Of a stretch of DNA of 64,000 bases, positions 1 through 9,900 are shown one piece after another (the stretch's first letter is position 1; every line of letters starts with the position of its first letter). Location of the stretch: the IMG/VR virus record IMGVR_UViG_3300021431_004524, positions 171,654 to 235,653 of that record. The stretch is one strand, 5' to 3'. The DNA comes from a virus. Its lineage: Duplodnaviria; Caudoviricetes. The notes under the pieces were generated by a model. It was not told the DNA's origin. It ran no database searches and saw only the letters and a list, made by a program, of their open reading frames with translations. The position numbers and the translations under genes were made by a program.

Positions 1-2
1 AC

Positions 3-617
3 ATCCATTATGTAACACTTGGTGATGAAGCTAATTTCTTCGGTTTGAACGCATCTTACACAGGCGTACAGGGTTCGGAACTCTATTCTAAGATGGCACG
101 TACATATTCAGGACTTAAACTCTGTAAGTCGCCACTTTCATGGAATAAGGTATCAGACAGTTCAATTATCGAGGAACTTGTGGCAGACCCGTCCGGTGTA
201 AAGGGTGAGCAGTCAGCAGAAAAGGCTAAGACATTCACAGCACCTACAAAGGAGATTGAGACAGCCGCAGCAATGTCAACCAAAAAGGTAACTATCGATT
301 ATCCAAGTGGTAGTGATGTTCTTGATAATGATGCTAAAGCAGTAATTGACCGTGAGTTCGTAGGTATTGCAAAGCAGTTCAATGGTTCACGTATCCGAAT
401 TGAGGGTAATACCGATGCAACCGGTTCTGATGCAGTCAATGTACCACTTTCTAAGGCACGCGCTCAGTCAGTAGCCAATTATCTCATCAAAGAGTATGGA
501 TTTGACAAGAACCGCTTCATCATTGTCGGTAATGGTTCAAAGAAGGCTATTGCTGATGGTGTTACGGGGGCAAATCAGAATTACCGTACAACTGATTTCG
601 AGTTGATTAACGAGTGA
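3..617 (+). CDS. C-terminal part of an OmpA-domain protein, probably the ABC substrate-binding protein (5'-partial)
   Basis: Frame is open from the window edge. OmpA_C motifs RIEGNTD, LSKARAQSVANYL and NYRTTDF. Lies directly upstream of a permease and an ATPase. Confidence 0.8.
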   Translation: MHYVTLGDEANFFGLNASYTGVQGSELYSKMARTYSGLKLCKSPLSWNKVSDSSIIEELVADPSGVKGEQSAEKAKTFTAPTKEIETAAAMSTKKVTIDYPSGSDVLDNDAKAVIDREFVGIAKQFNGSRIRIEGNTDATGSDAVNVPLSKARAQSVANYLIKEYGFDKNRFIIVGNGSKKAIADGVTGANQNYRTTDFELINE

Positions 618-650
618 TTTCAATTTCTTTCAAAATATAATATAAGTTCG

Positions 651-688
651 ATGGAGTGGTTGACTAAAAAGTTGGTCACTCCATTTTT
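651..688 (+). terminator. Intrinsic terminator/attenuator hairpin
   Basis: ATGGAGTGG...TCACTCCAT followed by a T run. Confidence 0.6.
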
Positions 689-708
689 AAACTAAAAAAA
701 TTCTTTCA

Positions 709-1530
709 ATGTTTAAAAAGTTATTCAAATTTGGTGGAGAAAGCGACTTTGGTACTGTACAGAATATCATAATAAGTGTCGTTGGATTCATCATTATCAT
801 TTTAGGTTGGCATTTCATATCAGTAAATGAAATTATACCGACTAACATTCTTCCTGACCCATTTAAGGTGGCCGGAAGTTATGGGACACTGATAAGTGAG
901 TATCATATGTTCGGTAATGCATGGTTCAGCCTTAAAATGAATTTACTTTGTTATGTATATGCTATCGGTTTGTCATTGCCAATAGGTTTTATTATCACTT
1001 TATGCCCATTACTTAATTTGTTAATCAGTAAATACATAACGAGTATTAGATTTCTTCCATTTGTGGCAATAAGTTCGATATTCGTTTCAATTTTCGGCCT
1101 TACATTTAACATGAAGGTATGGTTTTTGACCGCTGCATTGATGGTGTATATCATTCCTGCAATTGTCAATAAGATTAATGATTTGCAGAATCCTAAGAAT
1201 GATAAGGATAATGTATATCTTCAGACAATTCAGACAATGGGTGCGTCCAATTGGGAAAAGTTCAGATATGTATATTGGCCGTATGTAACGAGTGGTGTTG
1301 CTGATACATGCCGTGATTTGCTTGCTGTCAGTTGGACATATGTAACTGTAGCAGAGTTGATTTATAAGGATGGAGAGATTACAGGTCTTGGTGCATCAAT
1401 TAATACCATGATTAGGCAGTCGCACATACCAGAGGCATATGCTCTTATTGTACTGATTATTGCAATTGGCTTTGCGCAGGATTTTGTTTTTGCTAAATTA
1501 ATTAAGAAGTTGTTTCCATATAAAAATTAA
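709..1530 (+). CDS. ABC transporter permease (NitT/TauT, SsuC-like)
   Basis: Several TM helices, ILPDP motif, EAA-like loop TIQTMGASNWEKFRYVYWP, VTVAELI. Confidence 0.85.
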   Translation: MFKKLFKFGGESDFGTVQNIIISVVGFIIIILGWHFISVNEIIPTNILPDPFKVAGSYGTLISEYHMFGNAWFSLKMNLLCYVYAIGLSLPIGFIITLCPLLNLLISKYITSIRFLPFVAISSIFVSIFGLTFNMKVWFLTAALMVYIIPAIVNKINDLQNPKNDKDNVYLQTIQTMGASNWEKFRYVYWPYVTSGVADTCRDLLAVSWTYVTVAELIYKDGEITGLGASINTMIRQSHIPEAYALIVLIIAIGFAQDFVFAKLIKKLFPYKN

Positions 1531-1535
1531 TTGAA

Positions 1536-2540
1536 ATGGGTAATTTATTTTCAAATATATTGAAGGAAGATGTTGCTGGAAAGACAGTAAACGAAACTAC
1601 GGATAAAGGTCCTGGTGAAACCGTTGCATGTTCACCATCTGAGATTGTTTCTGTGTTAAAAGACCATGTTGCACCTGATATTACGACCAAGGAGGTGGAA
1701 ATGGTTAGAGAGCAATGTAAGGAAAGTGCAATTGTTCCTACTAAGAAACATGACGGTGAATATGAAGCGGAAAACACTCCTAATGTTATTGACTTTGAAA
1801 ATGTAACAGTAAAATTTGGTGATTTTACATTGTTTGATAAATTGAATTTCTCAATACCCGATTTTAAGGGTGAAGGGCAGTTTATCGCAATTATGGGTAG
1901 TAGTGGAAGCGGTAAAAGCCAAATGGCACGTCTGATTTCTGGACTTAAAAGGCCAAATGAGGGCGTTGTTAAGATGTATGGTAAGCCTTATGATGAGAAA
2001 ACACATGTTCCGATGGTATTCCAACAGTATTCTTCATTTCCTTGGATGACAGTTCTTGAAAATGTCGCTTTGCCATTGAAAATGAAAGGAGTTGGCAAAG
2101 AGGAACGTGAAGCAAAGGCTATGGAAATCCTTAAACTTGTCGGACTTGAAGGACATGAGCAGAAATGGGCGCAATATCCGGCATTATCTGGCGGACAGTT
2201 GCAGCGAGTCTCTTTGGCTCGTAATCTTGCAGGTGATTCTCAGATTATGATACTTGATGAATACAGTTCCGGTCTTGATACAGCATCAAAGGCATCAATG
2301 CAGGACATCTTGCTTAAATTGTTCTATGATGATAGTGTTGACCGTACATTTATCATGATTACGCATGATATTAATGAGGCAATATATCTGTCACAGAGAG
2401 TTTATCTGCTTGATGCTAAGACACACACATTCGGTGATGTCGTGGATGTTAAGTTTGATGGAAAACGTGATAGGAATATCATTAATACACCAAAGTATCA
2501 GGAATACTACAATAGAATTGAAAGATTCTTTAACAAGTAA
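1536..2540 (+). CDS. ABC transporter ATPase (TauB/SsuB-like) with N-terminal extension
   Basis: Walker A GSSGSGKS, MVFQQYSSFPW, LSGGQ, ILDE, ITHD. Confidence 0.9.
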   Translation: MGNLFSNILKEDVAGKTVNETTDKGPGETVACSPSEIVSVLKDHVAPDITTKEVEMVREQCKESAIVPTKKHDGEYEAENTPNVIDFENVTVKFGDFTLFDKLNFSIPDFKGEGQFIAIMGSSGSGKSQMARLISGLKRPNEGVVKMYGKPYDEKTHVPMVFQQYSSFPWMTVLENVALPLKMKGVGKEEREAKAMEILKLVGLEGHEQKWAQYPALSGGQLQRVSLARNLAGDSQIMILDEYSSGLDTASKASMQDILLKLFYDDSVDRTFIMITHDINEAIYLSQRVYLLDAKTHTFGDVVDVKFDGKRDRNIINTPKYQEYYNRIERFFNK

Positions 2541-2571
2541 TTCTCTCTACAATATATAATAAGGTATACAG

Positions 2572-2611
2572 AAAATGGCCAAGGTGAAATATCCTTGACC
2601 ATTTTTTTTTT
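2572..2611 (+). terminator. Intrinsic terminator
   Basis: ATGGCCAAGG...CCTTGACCAT followed by a long T run. Confidence 0.75.
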
Positions 2612-2642
2612 ATATATTATTGACATTTTCCACGATAATGGT

Positions 2643-2650
2643 ATATTTAT
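2643..2650 (+). promoter_or_regulatory. Putative late-promoter motif ATATTTAT upstream of the tail-fibre operon
   Basis: Same motif at 12931 (+) and on the minus strand at 20570, 26297, 38662, 53730 and 56486, in most cases 15-35 nt before an ATG. Confidence 0.55.
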
Positions 2651-2653
2651 ATC

Positions 2654-2775
2654 TGAAGTCAGGTAGAAAAAGATGGCACTCTTGCTAATTTGTTAGGGAA
2701 TCTATATTCCGAGAGTATACGATGAACTTCAAATAGACATATTTTTAGGGAAAAATTGAAAGCTGTTGCCATTTT
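2654..2775 (+). ncRNA. Candidate structured 5' leader RNA
   Basis: Nested stems TGAAGT/ACTTCA, ACTCTTG/CGAGAGT, CTAA/TTAG and GGAAT/ATTCC, plus long-range ATGGCA/TGCCAT. Confidence 0.35.
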
Positions 2776-2826
2776 AATATTTAGGACATTATAAAAATAA
2801 ATTAAGATAAAAGTTTTACATAATAA

Positions 2827-3969
2827 ATGGCAAATAAACACATACAACACGTAAAGAGTAACGTTGTCAATACAGATGCCCAGGGTAATAAATCACCTAA
2901 GCTTCCTGAAGTTGGAAATATTCTTGAAGGTGAGCTTGCTGTGAACTATGCTGATGGTTATGAACGTATTTCTTTGAAGAATACAAATAATGAGATTGTT
3001 CAGTTTGTACCAAAGGATTATGTCGATGCTGCTGATAACACAAAGGCCGCTAGTAACCACGTTCATGGTAATATTGGAAATGGTGGTGCATTGACTGACA
3101 CTGCTGCTGCTTCTGCTACTGATGACTGTATCGTCATTAGGGACGCAAGTAACAATAAGATTCAGACCTCTACAACTAAGGGTACTGATGTTGCTGATGC
3201 TATTAATAAAAAGCATACACATAACAACATTACTTTGAGTACTACGGCTCAGGCTTATGACGATAAGGAACATACGATTCAACTCCCTGCAAGTGACCCA
3301 TATGTCAGTGCCCGTACCCCAGTTTCACATACACATGGTAATATATCCAATTCAGGTACGTTAAATGATACGGCTGCTGATGCTGCCGGTAATGACTATG
3401 TTGTTATTAGAGATGCTGACAACGGCAAGATTCAGACTTCTACAATCAAAGGTGTTGATGTGGCTGATGCCATTTCTAAGAAACACAGCCATAGTAATAA
3501 AGCGGAATTAGATAAGATTAATAGTGGTGATGTCGCTAAATGGAATGGTGCTGTAACAGGTAGTGTAACCTCCGTTTCATATGATACCACTAATAAAAAG
3601 ATAACTAAAACAATTAACAATACGACATCTGATGTCGTGACGGCTTCAACTATTGTTACTGATGGTGGTGGTATCAAAGCACATGCTACACATAAATTAA
3701 ACGCAACCAATGGAACTGCTTCAGCCGTAAGCCAAGGAACTGAGATTACTTATGTTGAATCTTTGAGTGGTACTACAACAGCTACTTCCGGCGATTTGTC
3801 AGTGTCTTCAACAAGAAAGAAGATTACAGTACCTGCAATTCCGGCTTCACTTCCTGCAAATGGAGGTAATGCTGATACTGTTGATAATTTCCATTTTGTG
3901 AAGATATCACAGCAAGATTATGATAATTTAACAACAAAAGATTCTAATACATTTTATATTATAAATTAA
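2827..3969 (+). CDS. Tail fibre-like protein
   Basis: HxH metal-binding repeats (HVHGNI, HTH, HSH), internal repeat, C-terminal YDNLTTKDSNTFYI. N-terminus is paralogous to 12390. Confidence 0.65.
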   Translation: MANKHIQHVKSNVVNTDAQGNKSPKLPEVGNILEGELAVNYADGYERISLKNTNNEIVQFVPKDYVDAADNTKAASNHVHGNIGNGGALTDTAAASATDDCIVIRDASNNKIQTSTTKGTDVADAINKKHTHNNITLSTTAQAYDDKEHTIQLPASDPYVSARTPVSHTHGNISNSGTLNDTAADAAGNDYVVIRDADNGKIQTSTIKGVDVADAISKKHSHSNKAELDKINSGDVAKWNGAVTGSVTSVSYDTTNKKITKTINNTTSDVVTASTIVTDGGGIKAHATHKLNATNGTASAVSQGTEITYVESLSGTTTATSGDLSVSSTRKKITVPAIPASLPANGGNADTVDNFHFVKISQQDYDNLTTKDSNTFYIIN

Positions 3970-3973
3970 AATT

Positions 3974-6900
3974 ATGGCTAGAAACAGTGAAATATTTTTA
4001 GGCGGTGATAATAGCACGCTTATATACTTAGGAGAAGAAGAGCATAAGATTTATCTTGGCTCTGACCTTGTTTATCAACCTAAGATTAGTATCGCAAGTG
4101 CAACTGTTTCCGTCGGTTCAAAAACATATAATGGAAGTAAACAGACTGCTTCATCAATCACTGTCACCATTTCTGGCAAAACACTTACAGTAGGTGAAGA
4201 TTATCAGATAACATCTAATAGTGGTGGAACCAATGTTGGTAATTATACTGTTACAGTAACAGGTATTGGGCTTTATAAGGATGCCGCTTCTGGAACATTC
4301 ACGATTAATAAGGTAACTCCTACTGTAACAGCCCCAACAGCAAAAGTTCTGACTTATAACGGTTCAGCACAGGTTCTTGCAACCGCCGGAAGTACTAATT
4401 TTGGTACTTTAAAATACAGTCTTGATAATAGTACTTGGCAGACAGCGGTTCCTGCCGCCACAAACCAAGGCAGTTATACCTTATACTATAAGGTGGATGG
4501 TGACAGTAACATCAATAGCGTGGCTGCTAAGAGTATTACTTGTTCGATTAATGCAAAACAAGTGACAGCGACTGTCGAACTTAGTCAGACAAAATACACA
4601 TATAATGGTTCTGCTTTTAAGCCCACTGTTACGGTAAAGGATGGTAGTACGGTTATTCCGGCTTCTGAATACACGGTTACTTATAGTAATAATGTAAATG
4701 CAGGTACGGCAACAGTAACAATTAATGATAATACAGGCGGTAACTATGAGGTTATAGGTTCAGCCGACTTTACAATTAATAAAGCTGCTGGAAGTATCAG
4801 TTATGAAACTACAACCGTAAATAAAACCTATGGCAATAGTGCCTTTACTAATGCATTGACAAAAACCGGTGATGGTAGCGTAACATATTCTTCAAGTAAT
4901 ACAAATGTCGCAACAGTAAATTCTTCCGGTCAAGTGACAATTAAGGCTGCCGGTTCAGTAACTATTACGGCTACTGTTACTGACGGTACTAATTACGCAT
5001 ACGCAACAAAAACTGCAAGTTATACACTAAGTGTAGCTAAAGCGACACCTACGGTTACTGCACCTACGGCTAAAAACCTTACATATAATGGTGGTGCTCA
5101 GACGCTTATTAATGCCGGTTCTACTACTGGTGGAACTATTCAATATAAACTCGGTACAGGTAGTTATAGTACTTCTTTACCTTCTGCAACGAATAAGGGA
5201 AGTTATACAGTATACTATAAAGTTGTTGGTAATTCAAATTACAATGATGTGGCTGAAGCAAGCGTTACGGTTGAAATTAAGGCTAAGGCACTTACTATTA
5301 CAGCGAAAGACCAAACAGTTTCTTATGGTACTGCAATCACACAAGGTACCGGACAAGTTACGGTTAGTGGTTTGGTAAGTGGTGATACTTTAACTGCAAT
5401 TACGCTTACTCAGAGTACTGTTAATGTAACGACAACCGGTACAATCACACCATCTGCTGCCGCAACGACTAATGGTATCGGTAACTATAGTGTTACCTAT
5501 ACAAATGGTAAATTGACAATTACAGCCGTTGAACCAATTAAGACAGACCCTGTTAAGATAGGTAATCTTACATATAATGGCAGTGCTCAGAACCTTGTTA
5601 CGGCAGGCACAAGTAGTCATGGTACTTTTAGTTATAAATTGTCTACTGCAAGTACATATGGAAGCAGTATTCCGACCGGTACGAATGCAGGAACATATAG
5701 TGTTGATTGGAAATTCGTTGCTGATGCCAATCACGGCGGCGGAACAGTTACAGGTACTATAACAAATATTTCAATTGCACAGAAATCGCTTACTATTGCT
5801 GCTAAAAAGCAAAGCGTTGTATATGGTACTGCAATCACACAGGGTACAAACCAAGTTACCGTTACTGGTTTAGTATCAGGCGATTCATTAACTGCAATTA
5901 CGCTTACACAAAGCACGGTTAATGTGACAACAACCGGTACAATCACGCCATCTGCTGCCGCAACGACAAAGGGTATCAGTAACTATAGTGTTACTTATGA
6001 CACTGCAAATCTGACAATTACACAGAAAGCACTTACGATTACAGCAAAGGCACAGACAGTAAATTATGGTACTGCAATTACACAAGGTACAGGCCAAGTT
6101 ACTGTTACAGGTTTGGTAACCGGTGATTCATTAACTGCAATTACGCTTACACAAAGCACGGTTAATGTGACAACAACCGGTACAATCACGCCATCTGCTG
6201 CCGCAACCACAAACGGCATTAGTAACTACTCAGTAACATATAATACTGGTGTACTTACAATTAATAAGGTTTCGGCAAGTGTTACAAAAAAGCCTACTGC
6301 TAAGTCACTGACTTATAATACAGAGGCACAAGCCCTTGTAAATGCTGGTACTGCTAACGGTGGTACAATGTATTATCAGATGACCACATCTAATAGCAAA
6401 CCAACTAACACAAGCGGATTCAGTGCAACAATACCAACCGGTACGAATGCAGGAACATATTATGTATGGTATTACGTAAAAGGTGATTCTAACCATACTG
6501 ATACTGCAATAAGTGAAACTGCTGTTACTGTGACGATTAATAGTAAGGCTATTGTTATTCCTACTCCTACGGGTGTAGAGAAAACATATGATGGCACTGC
6601 TGCAAGTGCAACATTCAGTGCGGCAACAGGTGCAACAATTACTAAGTACAGATATTCAACTGATAATAGTTCATGGACTGAATCAAGTTCTAACCCAATT
6701 CAGACGAATCATGGTACTTTATACACACAAGCTTATTATACGGCTTCGGCAAACTATACTGGTAGCGGATGGTCTTCAAGTGCTACTATCTCGATTGCCA
6801 AGGCAGCTCCAACATATACCGCCCCAACTGCTAAGACAGGACTTGTTTATAGCGGTTCAGCGCAAGCATTGCTTAATGCTGGCTCGACAAGTCATGGTAC

Positions 6901-9900
6901 GATTCAATATTCATCTGATAATACCAATTGGGGTACAACTATACCAACCGGAACAAATGTCAACACATACACAAGTTATTGGCGTTTAGTTGGTGATAAT
7001 AACCATACTGATGTGTCATCTAAGAGTCTGAGCACATCAATCGGTAAGGTAACTCCTACTGTAACGGCCCCAACTGCCAAGTCACTTACTTACACGGGTT
7101 CTGCTCAGACATTGGCAAATGCCGCATCTACTAACTTCGGTACATTGCAATACTCCTTGGATGATACCAATTGGAGTACAACTATACCAACAGGAACGAA
7201 TGCCGCATCTTATACAGTATACTATCGTGTAGTCGGTAATAGTAACATCAATGACGTTGCTTCTGATAGTATTACGTGTAGTATTGGCAAGGCTGCCGGA
7301 AGTATCAGTTATGCGACTACAACCGTAGATAAAACCTATGGCAATAGTGCCTTTACTAATGCATTGACCAAGACCGGTGATGGTTCAGTTACCTATTCTT
7401 CAAGCAATACAAGTATTGCAACTGTGAATACTTCCGGTCAAGTTACAATTAAGGCCGCAGGTTCAGCAACTATTACGGCTACAGTTACTGACGGTTCTAA
7501 CTACACATACGCGACAAAGACTGCAAGCTACACATTGAATGTGGCCAAGGCTAATCTAAGTGCGTCGGTATCTATGGACGGATGGACTTATGGCGGCACT
7601 GCTAGTAGCCCATCAGTAAGTGGTAATAGTGGCGGTGGCTCAGTAACCTATTCTTATAAGGTTAGTGGGGCTGCTGACTCTACTTATACAACTACAAAGC
7701 CAAGCAATGCGGGTAATTATGTGGTACGTGCTGTTATTGCTGAAACCGCAAACTATAATGGCGCAACAGTTACCAATACATTCACTATTGCAAAGGCTAA
7801 TCCGGCATATACAGCACCAACCGCTAAGACATTAACATATAACGGTTCGGCACAAGCATTGCTTAACGCCGGTTCTACAAGTCATGGTACGATTCAGTAC
7901 TCTTCAGACAACAGTACTTGGGGTACGTCTATTCCAACTGGTACAAATGCCACATCTTACACAAGTTATTGGAGACTTGTAGGTGATAGCAACCATAAAG
8001 ATGTGTCATCTAAGAGTCTGAGCACATCAATCGGTAAGGTAACTCCTACTGTAACGGCCCCAACCGCCAAGGTTCTGACTTATAACGGTTCTGCTCAGAC
8101 ATTGGCAAATGCCGCATCTACTAACTTCGGTACATTGAAGTATAGCCTTGATAATAGTACTTGGCAGACAGCGGTTCCTTCCGCTACAAACCAAGGCAGT
8201 TATACCTTATACTATAAGGTGGACGGTGACAGTAATATCAATAGCGTGGCTGCTAAGAGTATTGCATGTTCTATCAACGAGAAAGAAGTAACGGCAACAG
8301 TTACATTAAGTCAGTCGACATATACATATAGTGGTAGTGCTTGCACGCCAACAGTTACTGTGAAAGACGGTAGTACGGTTATTCCGGCTTCTGAATACAC
8401 GGTTACTTATAGTAACAATGTAAATGCGGGTACGGCAACAGTAACAATTACCGATAATACAGGCGGTAACTACAATGTCACAGGTTCGGCAACGTTTACT
8501 ATTAACAAGGCCAATGGTAGTGTGACTATCAATGCAACTGCACCTACTTATACAGGTAATGCTCAGAGTCTTGTTACTGTAAGTGGTAATACGGGTACAG
8601 TACATTATAGAGTTGGCACAAGTGGAAGTTGGACAACTACAATTCCTACTGGAACCGGTGCCGGCAATTATACCGTATATTGGTACATGGATGCATCATC
8701 AAATTATAAGGCACTTAACAGTTCTTCAAGTCCGGCCAGTGTTGCTGTAACAATCGCCAAGGCTAATCCATCATATGAAGCCCCAACTGCTAAGACAGGA
8801 CTTGTTTATAGCGGTTCGGCACAAGCATTACTTAATGCGGGCTCGACAAGTCATGGTACGATTCAGTACTCTTCAGACAACAGTACTTGGGGTACGTCTA
8901 TTCCAACGGGCACAAATGCCACATCTTACACAAGTTATTGGAGACTTGTAGGTGATGGCAACCATAAAGATGTGTCATCTAAGAGTCTGAGCACATCAAT
9001 CGGTAAGGCATCCGGCATTGCGGGTGTTTCAAGTAGAAGTCTTTCATACACTCGCGGTGCTCAGAACCTCGTAACCGTAAGTGGTAATACGGGTACAGTA
9101 CATTATAGAGTTGGCACAAGTGGAAGTTGGACAACTACAATCCCAACTGCTACTAATGCAGCAACATATACTATATACTATTATGTAGATGCTTCTACGA
9201 ACTACAATGGTGTAGGTTCAAGTAGTAGTCCTAATAATGTAAGCACTACAATCGCTAAGGTTACTCCGGTACTTTCTACAAGTCCTTCGTTGAGAACCGG
9301 TTTGAACTATACAGGTTCTGCACAAAATCTTCTTAGTGGTGGTGCAATGAAACATAGTAGTTCCGATACCACTTCAGTCGCAGGTACATTCACTTATACT
9401 CAGAAAACCAATGCCGGAACATATACTGACCCTACTTGGTCGTTTACACCAACAGATACAACTAACTATAATTCAACAAGTGGTAAGATAACAGGCAGTG
9501 TGACAATCGCTAAGATTAACCCAACATATAATGCTCCAACCGCCAAGTCTGGACTTGTATATAACGGCGTATCTCAGACATTGTATAATGCAGGTTCTAA
9601 CACAACAGCGGGTGAGTTCTCTTATACTAGCGGTACAAGAAAGGATGCCGGCAGTCAGACTGTAAGTTGGACATTCACGCCTACCGATACCACTAACTAT
9701 AATACAAAAACCGGTTCATTTGGCGTAACAATCGGACAGAAAGAAGTAACACTAAGTTGGGGTACACTTTCTTGGACTTATGACAAGAAGGAACACTCAA
9801 CAACATGTACTGCCGGTAGTCTAATATCGGGTGATACGTGTTATGTAACTCTCACAGGTAATTCAATTACCAATGTCGGAACAGCCACTGTTACAGCATC

